From the NCBI GenBank assembly GCA_044892505.1, contig CM097882.1:377456001-377520000 (forward strand): a stretch of 64,000 bases of DNA, read 5' to 3'. The translations under genes and the position numbers were made by a program. This DNA is from Schmidtea nova (taxonomy: Eukaryota). The notes beneath the pieces were generated by a model that had not been told where the DNA came from, ran no database searches, and saw nothing but the letters and a program-made list of their open reading frames with translations. Shown in pieces: positions 45,251 through 59,536 of this stretch (position 1 is its first letter; every line of letters starts with the position of its first letter).

Positions 45251-46927
45251 ACAATCTTATCGAACTCAACTTGCTCACGGAAGTTGTTTCTCTATATCTG
45301 GAAGATGAAGACTTATGTACTTGATAATAAATGTGTTTGTGTGTTCCTGCGAGTTTTATAAATTGTTTAACCGTCTCAATCATTTCAAATGGTAAAGGTA
45401 CATACACACCCAAGTGACCTGAAGACCGATTTTTTGGAAAAGTTAGACTTCGGTCGGCCAGGAACCCAAGTGGGCGCAAGTACTCTCCAACATGGTAGCT
45501 CACTTGTCTGCTCGATCAACGCCGATATTCACATTACCAACGTGAACAGTTTTGGGATCTTTACGGGTTCATAGTCGAAAATAGTAATTTTATAGGGGTG
45601 TTCACCATCAAATCCCTAGACTTTGTCAATTAAATCCAACCACGAACCTCTACATGACTGACAAAAATAACTAGATTTAATAAATGGAAAGTTAGTACAG
45701 ATTCAGACACATGAGCTAGTGCAAGGCCTTTTATCGACCCAAAGAAGCCGAATGAAGTGTAAGAGTTCTGGTAGCGGAGCTCACCTGCTCCTTGGACTCA
45801 GACAGTTCCAACGTAGTCTATGGAGAAAGATTGCTGATATACTAGCAAGGTAAATATTTCACTTTCTTGCGGTTATAGTGAATAAAATTACCCCAGAAAT
45901 AAAAAGTTAAGTACTCACTACAACCCAGAACGTGGTAGAGTACAATAGAACGTGTTAAATGAGAGAGGGGAGGATAAAGGTATCCTCGATTACTCGTGAC
46001 ACAATTCCAACGTTATATAAGTACAGGCATTCATTTTGCTGTTATAATTGGATAAGAGCCAGTTAATAAAAAATTTATTTAGCTTTTCATCGGAAACCCA
46101 GCAAAATTAAAAAATAAGCAAAAAGAATTATTTTAACAAAATAAAAGCTCTAAATAATGACGTTAATTTTGCTTACAAATATTTTGGTTAAGTTTATCAA
46201 AGATAAGCAATCCGCTGATATATGATTAAAAATATTCCTAAATTCTAAGTCAATGCAAGTATTATTTAATATGCTCCTCAATGCACATTTTAAATTGACG
46301 ACCATAAAGAATTTAACTAATGTTTTATTTCCCATTCATCAACCACAAAGATAATCAATTATTTCTTTAAAGTCAAAAGGGCTCAAAATATTTCTACTAA
46401 TCTGATGAATCTAATACTAATCTAAAAAAGCGTAGTATAAGAAATTTAAAAAAATGAATTTATTATGTACATTCTTCTTTTAAATGTTATTTATTTCAAA
46501 TACTGTAAAGAAATTTAAACCAAGAACCCATTAATAACTTGGAAAGGATTTTAGGGAGATAATTTTCATATATTGAAAAATACAGGCCAAATTAACCTAT
46601 TTAATAAGCTTCAGTAAAAATATAGTAGTAAATTGTTTTCATTTACCAAGTCCAGTTGTCAATTACTAACTCTGAAAGTAGATAAGACTGACAAATGCGA
46701 GCAAAAATTGTTTACATTGCTGATATAGTATAGTTTTACATTAATTATTAACATTTATATAATTAGCAATATTATAAACTAGATAATTAAATAAAATGCC
46801 TAAAAGGAATCAAAAACTAAATATTAAAAGTAGATCTTTATTAAACGACATTTTAAATTGCTTCATTCATTACAATAAAAGTATCTGTAAACATTCAAAT
46901 GTATAGAGCCTTGTCAACTGATAAATA

Positions 46928-49900
46928 TTAATTAAACACGATAGATTTGGTCAGCAACCACATGACAAATGGCTGAATAAGTGCTGTAAAGAGAAGCAAA
47001 TAAACCCTCTTTTTATTTCCTTCACTAACTGAGAGTGAATCTTGTGGTAATATTTGAATTTTCAAAGTTCTGATCTATAAATAAATTATAAAAAATTATA
47101 CAATTACAAAGCTGTCCTCATTATATCGCATGACTATTAAATTTTTAAACATAATCACCATAGCTCTGAGTTATAATTTCTCTCCCCTGTTCTCGCATAA
47201 TCACAATCTAATATGATACGCTCAATAAGGAGATTTAATAAAAAAATTAAACTAATCTTGAAAATTGAAATAAAATATATATTAGACTTTTAAAACAAAT
47301 TTAAAATTAAGAATATTCTAGAACTTATTTTAATATTTTTTTATAATTAATTCTCTTTTAATTTTATAAAATAATTTGACTTTTAATTAAATAGTTATTT
47401 TATAAATGTTAGACAAGCTTTTAAAATATAGCCAAATTAATTTCTAAAAATGACATTCGGAAAGAATTATTTATTCTCAAGGATTAAGTACTAGTATAGT
47501 TCTGATTTGTATATCTCCAAAATGACAAACCAATAGAATAAAATTTGCCAAAAGATGTTAAACAGAATACCTTATTATAAAATTAACCCTTTCCTGGCTA
47601 TTGATTCAATATTGAATTATAATATATTTAAGACATGTATAGGCATGTGTCAATGTCCACAAACATTTTTATCTGGGTCGGTAAAAAAAGGGTTCTACTT
47701 TCAAGTTAAATCATTTTAACACGCGAACTCAATAAAACATTTATTTGATTACTTTAGTTTAAATCTTCAATTCAGTCAGGAAAGGGTTAACAGTGCTTTT
47801 ATAATAGGACATATTTTACGTAAAAAGGATATCAATGTTTCATGATATTGCTGGGGTTAGATTGAACAATGACGAAGTAAAAAAGCACAAAAACTAAGTA
47901 TAAATCAATAAAACACCAAAAAAGGATAAAGTGCAAAACTTATTAAAATTTCAAAAATAATATTTTGCGGGGTGCTGCCAGTTGTGTGATGCCAATTGAT
48001 GCGACGAATCCAAGCATAATAATAAAAACAAAAGGGATCCTAAGAAGTAAATATTAAGAAAAAACAAATTAATTATCTACTGGAAAGCCAGATTTGTCAA
48101 TAAATTTGATTCAATTACATCGAACAAATTAGATGAAAAACAAAGTTGTAAGGATAACCCAAAATCTTAATAAATTTATTTAGATAAAGTATCTGAACAT
48201 AGACAACTCAGAATTTCCATAAGAATTTACGACCATGAAAAGCGCCTACTGAAAATTGAATTTAAGTCGTAGAAATATCTAATTAGAAAAACATCTTTAA
48301 AAGTTGATAAACTAGTAACCTTGTCAGGTGGTTGAAAAGATATTCGTGTAAAATTCAGAAATAAAGAAGAGGTAAGAAATCGGAAGTGTGACAGCATCAG
48401 CAAATTAAATAAAATTTGCATATAAGAACATTTACCATTGTGATATTTACGAAAAGGGAAAAAGCAGACAAGATTGTTATGTAGATTAAATAAAAGTTAC
48501 TGTGCTGGGTGATTTGATTAACTTTAAATAAGAGCACAAGGAGTCAGCAATTAACCTACTAAATTAAATAAAAACAACAATATAAATATTTAAAACGTCT
48601 GTCTTAATAGTGTATATTTTAATCCTAATACAAATAGTCCATCTAGTATATTAATTAAATTTTTTACATGTCTATATAATATACCATGGTATTATAATCA
48701 GTACATGTTGAAAAAGACTTAAGAAATATTTTAATTTGTCTTCTTTTTGACTATTTTTATGTCATTTCTTTTAAAACACACCTTTATTTCTGTAAGTTTG
48801 TTTATTGATTGTTCCAGTGTGTTTTTGCAGTCTATTTGAATTATATACCTTCCTATTATAATGTTTTTCACACCTTAATTTTCATTAGAAAATCACTTAC
48901 TGGGTAAATAAGGGACTTCATATTTTAAGTTTGTGTATAAAAATTAAGATTCGTTTTCAGCAAAATAAAAATGAATATTTTTAATACGCAGGCGACTTTG
49001 GTACTGCATTGTAAAGAATAATCTTAAATAATTTAAGATTAATATTTTAAGTTATTTTCAAGAATTTTTATTAAAACAAAAGAAAAATAATCCAGGTAAA
49101 GTAGAAACCCTTCACAAATTAGCCAGGAAATTGTCGGTAATATTTCTAATAAGCATCAAAGGGAGAAAAAAATATATTTTCTTGTTATTTTAAATAATTT
49201 TCCATATTTAATTATTACGAAATAATTCCCATAATAAATCTAAAATTCAAGATATCCTTACTTAAATTAAAGTTTTTTTATGCAATTTCTAATCACAGGC
49301 GCGTTTTTAGTTTATTTAGCTCCCATCCGCACCATGTAAGAAATTCGAATCTATCCGGAATCGAACCCGGTGACTTTATGGACAAACCCAGTGGAATTTA
49401 ATCATTCGCATCGAATATCACATAAAAACTTTATTTTTATCAGTAAATTCTCTGATTACCAAAAAAATTATTTGATTTTATTTAATTTAAAAATTTCCTA
49501 TGTAATTTACGGTATTGAAATTCAAGCAAATGGACCGATAATTTTGAAACAAGATGCAATAAAATTTATTATAATATTAAAAATGATGATTAATAAACAC
49601 ACATCAACAACTAACAGAATCAAAATGTCATCATATATGTAATGTTATTGTGCAAGAAACAAAGAAAAAAGATGTGATAAACTGTAATTTGTTTAAAATG
49701 ATTTAGTAAAATATGATATTTTGTTTTCATATAAAATTTGAAAAATCCTAATTAATCACTTTCACTGACGACACAAGATAAATTACAATTGAATTTTTCA
49801 ATAATGCTTTTTACAGAATTAATTAAACATTTCTTTTTTACTTTAATTTCTTTAAAATGAAAATTTACCAGAAAATATCCCAAAGCAATACTGAAATACG

Positions 49901-50816
49901 CAAGAGAACAATAGAATCCTAGGGAATTCATCAAAATTGACATAATCAAAATAATATTCATCCTAAAAAACAATTAAAACATATTATAAAAAACATCAAT
50001 AAACCAACCCGACAAATTTATAACCGGCAAAAGCTATCATATCCATATATTTCAGCGACGTTCTAGCGTTGACAACATACAAAATGAACATCAGAACCAA
50101 AATTTCAAATATCAACCACCCAACAGCATTACTAGCCATTCCACCGAGTTGGTCAGGAGAAAACTTGCCATTTATACCAAAAATAAGTCCACATGTCAAA
50201 ACATATGTCAACAACCCCATCAAAGGTATGTAGAGATCAGGTGCATTGATATCATAGCGAGGAGGAACAGGTTGTTTATCGTGGTTGTATTGAACGGCCC
50301 AGTTCTAAATATTTCCTATTTAGATTTTCAAAACCCGAAATAACTCACTGTATGAGCGAATGGAAACAACAGTAAAAGTAATTTTTTAGCCACATAGAGA
50401 TTATCGACAGCAAAGTAATATCTCAATGTGGATGTCGGTACGTATTTATCTATCTTAATCGAAGTTTAGTATTAAAAAATAAGTGTAAATTGTAATACAT
50501 TTCTCTGTAACAGATCTGTGCCTTGTTCAACCATATTTGTCCCGTAATGAAATGCTGCATTTGTCATGAAATCATTGGAAAATGGTAACTTATTTGTTTC
50601 CATCTGTAATGGTGATTGTTGTTGCTGGTGTTCAGGTTCGAAATTTGGTTGAAATGTAGGTTGTTGAAATGAAGAATAGCCTACCGTAATTTATTTTACC
50701 ATTCATTTTCTAGAGAAATAAACATTACCCATATCAGTAACGATATATCCTTCTGAATTGTAACCGAAATTTGTCTGTGAAGGATTCTGAGGATATGGAT
50801 TGAATGTGTTTCGCAT
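46928..50816 (-). CDS. YIF1: Host gene: YIF1 (Yip1-interacting factor, ER-Golgi trafficking), 6 exons, 303 aa
   Basis: Exons 50816-50729, 50680-50499, 50453-50349, 50304-50009, 49962-49869, 47074-46928 join in frame (912 nt). Motifs [50 protein letters not shown]. Introns 48, 45, 44, 46 and 2794 nt. Confidence 0.95.
47587..47786. mobile_element. piggyBac-type MITE (200 bp) in YIF1 intron 5
   Basis: TTAA-CCCTTTCCTGGCT...AGTCAGGAAAGGG-TTAA. Confidence 0.85.
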
Positions 50817-51304
50817 TTTAAATTTGTATTTCAATACTTTAAAAGGTATTTTATAACGTTAGCAAAATTAAGGTTGCAGCTAACTAAAACAAATCTATAA
50901 TTTTGTGTGAAAATTATTTTTAGAAAATTTTAAAATTTTGTTTTGGTTTTTTTCAACTTTAAAAAATTAATTTTAATTAATTTAAAAAAAAATCAAAAAT
51001 CAAATTTTATGTCATCTAAATGTATCTTATATATTAAAAAATAAAATTTAATGATAATAAATGTAAAATTTTATACTTTAATGTTTTTGCTTGGTTATGG
51101 ATGTTAAACTTTTACTCAATGATTTGGCTTTCTTTGCTTCACACCTAATCTACGTATCCCGACATGAAAATATTTAACATCTCCCCTTGACACCCGCCGC
51201 TAGTCAACTGGTGGGTTGTTGACCGTCAATATGACCTTGACGTTGCTATGGCTCACATCAACATACAAAACATTAGATTAACCCTCTTGTTGCCCTGCAC
51301 AATG

Positions 51305-52076
51305 TGTCGGGGTTAGTATAAAAATCACAAAAGTAACAAGAAATATCAAAATAAATAAAAGTTCAAAAATTAATTAAAATTTATCAAAAATTTAAAATTA
51401 TTATTCATTGGGGGAATTGGGTATGGTTGAATGCCAAATCAAAAAACGAACCCAAAAATAATAGAAGTTAAGTAAGGGGTCCCCAGAGAAGGTTATATAG
51501 TAAAAACAAACAAATTAAAATTGATTAATCACTCAATGGGAAGCCCAAGGCAATGGGAAATCCGAGCGATGAGGAATACCGAGCGCAGTAGAGACCTGAG
51601 ATATCAAAGTCGGGAGATTGCGCAGGGCAATTAGGGAAAAGCCACCCGAGAGCAATCACAATAAATTGTTGCTAAACCAATTAAGCCCGGAATTCGGTAA
51701 CTTTAAGTTATTGATAAAATTTAATTGTCATTTGCGATAGATATAAAAGGCAGCGCAAAGCAGAGGACGGTACCGACAAACTGAGAGCTAAAAACAAAAA
51801 GAATTGAAATTGATTGGAAATTAACAAAGAGAGATCTTGCGAAAACCAAAGAGGCAAAGTGAGGAAAATATTTTATAACTATCATAAATAGATAATAAAT
51901 CCAAATCCGGAAGAGAGTACAAATTGTCGAGTTTGTACTTTCTAGTGATTAACAGAAGTGTAATTTGTAGTAACTTTAAATAAATGGTTCTGTGTTGATT
52001 TTCATTGATTTCGATAATTAAAGGATACGAGGAGTCAGGTCAGTAAACCGATTTTAAACAGAATAATAACCCAACA
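51305..52076 (+). mobile_element. Solo LTR (772 bp), family A
   Basis: TGTCGGGGTT...AACCCAACA with 4-bp TSD AATG (51301-51304, 52077-52080); internal GATATAAAAG TATA. Confidence 0.88.
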
Positions 52077-52632
52077 AATGTAACGTTGGAAATGCAACAA
52101 ATGGGTGGGTATTCGCAATCAGTGAGGGTCAAAAATTCGAAACTATGATGGATCGAATATCTCCTGTGTCCAAGGGCTACCGATAGAAGGTTTTTCGCCA
52201 ATTTTTTGTCCCTTACCCGAATTTACGATGTCACTTGTTAACATCTTTACGGTAATTATCTAATCATTATCACTTATTCTCATCACACAATTGATGGGGA
52301 AAAAACAATTCATAAATAAGGAAAATTTTAATTAAATATACGCAACGTTTTTCGAAGCTGCCTCAGTAAGCGGGCTTCCAGCCTGCACTTTCGCCGCGCC
52401 CTTACTCCTTTGCTAGGCTTCCAGCGCTTCGACTTCTCAGGTTTAGACATTGCCGGTATCTCTTTATCGGCCCTCACTGGGAATAATTCCTAAGTCAGCA
52501 TGGTCATTTTTGGTAAGATGGCCGAAATTATGCCGCTTTCCCTTTGCAGCTTGGCAATTGTGGTCTCGCGCTCCCGGACCATCATCCTGCAAGCCCGTCT
52601 TCAGCTGCTTGTTTCAGTAAGATTTGGTTTTG

Positions 52633-52854
52633 TTACTTGATTTTATCCACGACCTCTTTACTTGACCACGTTGCTTCCATCTCACGGCAACGGGCTCTGA
52701 ACTTCTCCATACGTATGGACATTTCTTTTAACGCTTTCGCGTTTACTGACTTTTCGGCCTCAAGGTCGGCTAAACGGATATAAACACGCCGATAGGGCCG
52801 CGAGGTTTCAGCGACTCTGCGCAACAACTCCTCCAATTTCTGATCTTGATTCAT
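52633..52854 (-). pseudogene. Coiled-coil ORF fragment, possibly family Y
   Basis: LEAEKSVNAKALKEMSIRMEKFR weakly resembles the Y core. It is followed on the same strand by the bipartite motif, as for copies 1 and 3. Confidence 0.3.
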
Positions 52855-55449
52855 TTTCTGAAATCAATATATAGCATTCAAAACGCATTTATTCCAGCCT
52901 CAAACAGTCTCTGACAATCACACAAAACTAAATTTTTCATACGAACTAATCATGACATTGTTTTTGAATCCTAATCATCATAATTTCACTACTCAATTCG
53001 GTATACTTTTTTTATTAGGAGCGTATATACTCGGGATGTACTACTATTATTATCTTAACATATCTAAGTATTATTTTCATACTTTTGAAATTTTTATACT
53101 TTTGATGTATAAATCTAAATAAACTTTGCTTAAGTTCTATTTCCTAGTGTCTATCTTGAGTGATAAATATATTTATGATTTCACTAAAAATTTAATTTAA
53201 TTTTTAAAATTTTGCCACGGCCCTGACAACGGGTAATGACCAAAATTTTTCAATATTTTATTCAATTAAATTATAAATTTATTTCAAAATTTACGAGTTT
53301 TATTTTTCTTTTGAGTGTAAAATTATATTTTAATTTTGTGAATCGAATTTCGGGCGTTCCCATATCAATTTCATCAATAAAAACGTAATAAAAGAAAATC
53401 TATATAAGCGATTCCCAAAATAAATTGCTGCTATTGGTCAGTTCAAATGGTAAGAATTTAACTCCTATAATATTTTACGTCTAATTTTATTGATTTTCTT
53501 TAGATTTTTGCTGAAAAGAATTCTCTATATTTACGGAATTTTTTCCATTAAAGTATTAATTTTTTACATTCTATTACAGTGATTGAGTTTAGTTTGTTGA
53601 ATTCAGCAGGTAAAAATATGAATTATGGGTTCAACCAATTTATTCGTTTTCAAGGCAGATCCATTAAGCAATCACATTTCACATCCCACTAAGAAACTCT
53701 CTATCAAGGGCATTCTGCATTTCAATAATGCAATACAATAAAAAATATGTAATGGAATTCAAAACTTGAGAGACAGACCAAACTGAAGCAAAACCAATTC
53801 CTTCCAATGTTATTTATGCTATCTCAACTATTACTTATTCTGCGATGGAATGCTTTAGAAGACGGTTCTATGGACAATGCCATGAAATCAAAACAGAATG
53901 ATCCAGTTCGAGTATTTAGAGCTATTTGGAATTTACTATTTATCGCTGATTCTAATTCTAATACCGTGAGTTGTGGTAAAAATAAAATTCTTATTGTGTC
54001 ACTTTTGTTTTTATGTAAACTTTATAAATAAAAGGGAACTATAATATAAATACTTCATTATGGTGGGTGTATGAATTTACGTATGAGCTGGCGTAAGTTG
54101 TAACTAAAATATTTAGTACATTAGGGCAGTATTAGTTTCAATAAAACAGAGTGAGTTTTTATAGGGTGTTATGGAGTGAGACAAACGAATATACATGAAA
54201 TTACAGTTGAATGAATTTGTTGTGTATGGCGTTTATTATGAATGTTGATTGTTGGATGAGTTGATTCAGCATGGATTCATGGATGTATTATGCGGTTGGT
54301 GAGTTTAGTAATGAGTGAGATGGAGTAACTTGTGTAGATGTAAGAATTTTCACGTGTGATGTGAGATGTGGATGTAGATGGTTGATTATTCTACTTAGAT
54401 GGATTTGTGATTACGATGTTGTGAGATGCAAAGGGATTGTATCGATGGATGTTGCGATATGCAAGTTTATATTTATAAATACTTTTACTGGTTTAGCGTG
54501 GACTTTCTCTGTGATGTTTGTATGTAGGAGATGAGATTTGATACAATAGGCAATTTAACAATGGATGTGATTATGTAAGTACTTGTAGGGATTATCTGGA
54601 TATGTGATGCTGATGGGTGTTATTGAATGAAGAGACGTAGTTTGTGTTGATAAATAAATAGATTGTCTGGAGAGGTAATAATATAGATAATGTTGATGAG
54701 TGTTATGGAAGTAATATATTGCAAAGGGTGTTTTATAGTGTTGGGCCAAAACGCATATTTGTTTTAATAAAACGATAACCCAATAGGTAGAGAACGCGCA
54801 AGATTCCATTTTTAGCCTTAGCTGCCATTAAAAATCTAACAATTAAGCGGAAAACATCAAAAGGTGAAGATGAATCAAAACACAGCAACCGGTAGAGTAC
54901 GCGCTAACTACGAATTTATAAATAGTTTCACTGAAATCTCGAGAAAAATTAAAAGCAGAATGTTTGGAAGCTAGAATAGGCAAAAAACCCATGGAAAATG
55001 CCCATAAAGAACAGAATTTTGTCATAAACCTTCAAGTGCAGAAAAATTAACACAATTCTAGAGGAAAATTGTGAATTTATCACAAAATTTCACATATAAC
55101 AATAGAAAGAATTAATATGGATCGAAAATCGTAAATTAAATCAAATCGAACAAATTTCGATTCAAACATAAAAATTTTGAATTAAAATAAATTATTTATA
55201 GTTTATAAAAAATTATTATACAAAAATATGGAATTAATTTTCGGAAAATCATTAGAATTAATTTAGAAAAAATTAAGAGAAAATTCTAGAACAATTTGTT
55301 TTATTGCACTACCGGAGATAGAGAAAATTTGATGGTATATATACCGCCATCAAAATGGCAGATTTCAGAGAATTTGGTGGAAAATTTTTCTTGTTAATTT
55401 GCGGAGGAATTGCGAAAAATAATTTTTGTGAAATCTAACTTGAGAATTT

Positions 55450-55615
55450 GATTGCAAGAAGAAAAGTTAATATCAGAATTTGATTTCAAGAAGAAAAGTT
55501 AATATCAGAATTTGATTTCAAGAAGAAAAGTTAATATCAGAATTTGATTTCAAGAAGAAAAGTTAATATCAGAATTTGATTTCAAGAAGTTACTATCAGA
55601 AGTTGATTTCAAGAA
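55450..55615 (+). repeat. 32-bp tandem repeat, about 5 copies
   Basis: GATTTCAAGAAGAAAAGTTAATATCAGAATTT. Confidence 0.92.
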
Positions 55616-58600
55616 AATTTGTGGAAAAATCGTTCCAAATTTCTAAGAAAAAAATTATTTTGTTGGAAAGAAATCGCAGCAGAAGTTAATTGGACAAACG
55701 TAAGGATTTGTTTGATTTTGGTTATTCTCATTGGGGATTGGAATGGTCGTCCATCATGCCTGACGATCATCCCATTCCCCCCCCTTTTATTTAATATGTT
55801 AATTGTTATTTTATTTATTATGGTAAATTTTATATTATTAAAGTATTTTCATGATTAGTAGCTTAGTTTTTTTTTTGTTGTCATTATCATTATCACGAGC
55901 CACAAATTCCCAAAATAATTCAGGAAAAATCTCATTGAAATCGGTAAACTAAATTAAATTATGAAAATAAATAAAAAAAAAAAATTTTTTTTTCTCCCAT
56001 ATCTTCTGACGATCCGTCCAGCCTTGGTTGTGCGGATCTGTTAGTAGCCTGGGTGGATCGTTGTCTGATTGGTAATCGGCCAGCCCATATTTCCACTTTA
56101 AGGTGAGGCTCATACATCCAAATTCGCGTCATCCCAACTGGGGAATCGCGGTTTGGCCAAGAGCAAGGTTTTGTTATACTAATGATTTTTATTATAATAG
56201 AGTATCATATTTTTATTATCTACATAAGCAATTTCGTAATATAACATAGCAACTAACTCATATCTTGAAATCTAAAATAGGAAATATTACTAATTAAAAA
56301 TCGACTCGTACTCACCTTCACCTTCACACTCTCAACAACGTTCATCTCATGAAAAAATGCAAGAGAAATGGATGCTAATGATGAAAAGAAAATCGTTCGA
56401 ATCAATGCTCAAGTCTAGAATAATGCTCATGAAGTGAAACAAATTGTGAACCAAGTATTGATTTAATCTGAATTAAAGCTCATTATGGTCTAAATAAGTT
56501 TTTCGGTGAATCTTGTTTTTCGAGAGCCTGAAATTCCTAAGTGAAGTGCCCCGAAAAATTCGCGTGTACTTTGATTGGGAAATTCATGCTCAACAAAACC
56601 GAAATTTACTTTACTTGAGGTTAGAAATATTCGTTGAAAAATTTTATAACTTATTTTTATTTTATTCTTATTTAGCATATAAAATTTCTTAGATTAAATG
56701 CCTATTTAAAGCTCGAAATTCATGGATAGAATATTTTTATTATTATTTCATTTTGATCAAGAATAAAAATTTGCTTTTTATTATATTGAAAAAATTTTAA
56801 AATGAAAAATCATAAACCAAGAATTTTCCTAATATTGTTGATATCTAAAAGATTTTATCAGTTCACAAAATTCCCGAGAATCTGAAAATCAAAAATTGTA
56901 CTAAACCCCATAAAAATTATAAATTGGAATTTTATTATTATATTAGTAAATTTTTAATTTTTTTTTTGTAAAAATTTGGATTCGGAATTTTATAGAATGA
57001 AAATTTAAGACTAATATAGTTAATTCGTAAAATATAAAAATTTAAGTTCAAAAACTTACATTATCAAACTTATAAATTTTATCATCATTTAATAAAATTA
57101 TAAATTAAAAATCCGTAAAAGTATTGTAAAAATTATTATTATTATTTTGATTTAAAAATTATTACTATTAGTTTAATTTAAAATTTTTTTTTTTATTATT
57201 TTAACTTTAAAAATATTTTGTATAATTTATTTAATAATATAACCCCCCACGATATCTCAAAAATAAGGTTACATCACTCATTGCAAAAATTTACACCCTT
57301 TTCACTCAATAGCATCATCCATACTAATACACAAGCAACATACATATAAAACACAATACACACACATGCATAGTATCATTCAATAACATTCAACAATCAC
57401 ATACACACAGGCAAACCATACCAAAAATTCCACACAGACATGTTAGTTAGCATCATACATCCATACAGGTACTCACTTCATCATATCCACACCGCTTATT
57501 TCATCCACCAGACAAATAAACACACCAACACACGCACCCACAACAATAGAAAATCCACCACCTATCTATAATAGCAAACATACATGAAAATCACCCCAAT
57601 AGGAAATTGTCTATAAATCTAAACCAACATGCAATCACATACAATCACCACAATGAAAACTCAGGTGACACCCATAAAAGTATAAAAACGGATAAATTTG
57701 AAAATTTTACACCTCATCTCATCAATTCATCTCAAATCACAATATTTTATATCACCATTCATCTCAAACGCATCATCTCATCCGTTAAATATATCATTTA
57801 CATCATACCACGTCCAGGAATTAAAGGCACTAATCCATCCTGTTACGTTTATCTTCAAGTTACACAAAACTTTGGCCAACATCAATAACTGTGGGTACAA
57901 CCAAACTACCCTTATTTTGAACATAACCCCTAAGGAAATCCATCCAGGCCTAAATTTACCACACTCGCAAATTAAATTGAATTTCTTTTTATGAATAAAC
58001 ACCAAACCGAACATATTCTCAGTCATATAAAAAGCAAAATATGAATTAAAACCTTTATTAGATAATACAAAATCGCAAACGATCAACAGTAATATCATCA
58101 GTATAGACAGCTCCAACAATGATTTTCTTGCAGTCCTTGCAACGCCGGATTCCGACGCATTTCCTATTCAAAGTTTTCTAAAATTAAAATTAATTAGATA
58201 AATAATAATTATTAGATAATTACATTAATCGTTCAACCGAATTGGCAGTCGTATTTGGCATTTTATCGAGTTCCAAACTTTTTGATGTTTCTTTGGAATC
58301 CATGTATGGTTGTGTTTGCCGTAAGTGCCAACCTTCTTAGTTAGTATGACCTTTAAAATTGTTATTAAATAGAGTAATTTGTAACACTTAGCTTACTTTG
58401 AATATATTATTTGAATTATGTTCTGTTTTTTAAATATACACTAGTAAATTGAAACAATAAGTTTATTATTTTATAATTTAATAATAAAATTACTATTTAT
58501 CAAATAAAAATAAAAGTTTTAAAATTTTAAATGCAGATTAAAAATTATGTTTTATTTATTAATTATCATAGACTGTAATATTAACAAAATTTAATGTTTT

Positions 58601-58689
58601 CGTTAGAGTTTTGATATTCAGAATAATTCCTTTTGATGCAGTGAGGAACTTATAGTGATGTAGATTATTTATTTTGAATTACCGATTTA

Positions 58690-58960
58690 AATCTTCTTGA
58701 AGGCTTGTAGATAAAAGGGACAAAAATGGGCAAGAAACCTTCCATCGGTAGCCCTTGGACCCAGGAGATATTCGGTCAATCATAGTTTCGTATTGACGAC
58801 GCTCACTGATTGCGAATACCCACCCACTTGTTACAGTACCAACGTTACATAGTGACGGGTAACAAGGTGGTTATTTCAATGTTTTATGTGTTGAGTTGTT
58901 GATGCGAGCCATAGCAACGTCAAGGTCATACTGACGATCAACAACCCACCATATAAAAAT
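58690..58960 (-). repeat. Inverted paralogue of 51190-51304 plus 52077-52240, lacking the solo LTR
   Basis: GGGTGGGTATTCGCAATCAGTGAG, GAATATCTCCT..GTCCAAGGGCTACCGAT and ATGACCTTGACGTTGCTATGGCTC are shared. Confidence 0.85.
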
Positions 58961-59225
58961 TTGGGGGCTCAGCCGGGATTCATCTCATCTAGTTTGTTTT
59001 GTTTGAAGCGAAAATCAATGGAAATGACTTTACGTGGGAGTTTGTTAATGTTTTTGCGTTAGAAAGATAAAAGTATTTTTAAGAAAAAACGAGATTTGGT
59101 GAAAGTTTTATAAAGATCGATAATCATTTGAGTATTTTCGACGGAAATGGAAAAAATTATGTTTAATTATTAATATTATTTATAGTGCTATTATTATTTT
59201 TACGTTTATACCATTATAAGTATTA

Positions 59226-59536
59226 NNNNNNNNNNNNNNNNNNNNNNNNNNNNNNNNNNNNNNNNNNNNNNNNNNNNNNNNNNNNNNNNNNNNNNNNNNN
59301 NNNNNNNNNNNNNNNNNNNNNNNNNNNNNNNNNNNNNNNNNNNNNNNNNNNNNNNNNNNNNNNNNNNNNNNNNNNNNNNNNNNNNNNNNNNNNNNNNNNN
59401 NNNNNNNNNNNNNNNNNNNNNNNNNNNNNNNNNNNNNNNNNNNNNNNNNNNNNNNNNNNNNNNNNNNNNNNNNNNNNNNNNNNNNNNNNNNNNNNNNNNN
59501 NNNNNNNNNNNNNNNNNNNNNNNNNNNNNNNNNNNN
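59226..59536. other. Assembly gap
   Basis: Run of N. Confidence 0.99.

Noticed and set aside
47950-48420. Exon-like segments inside YIF1 intron 5
   Set aside because: Splice-like signals present but no consistent open frame or homology; YIF1 is complete without them.
49340-49375. tRNA gene (B-box GGTTCGATTCC on the minus strand)
   Set aside because: No A-box or cloverleaf; at most a SINE or tRNA remnant.
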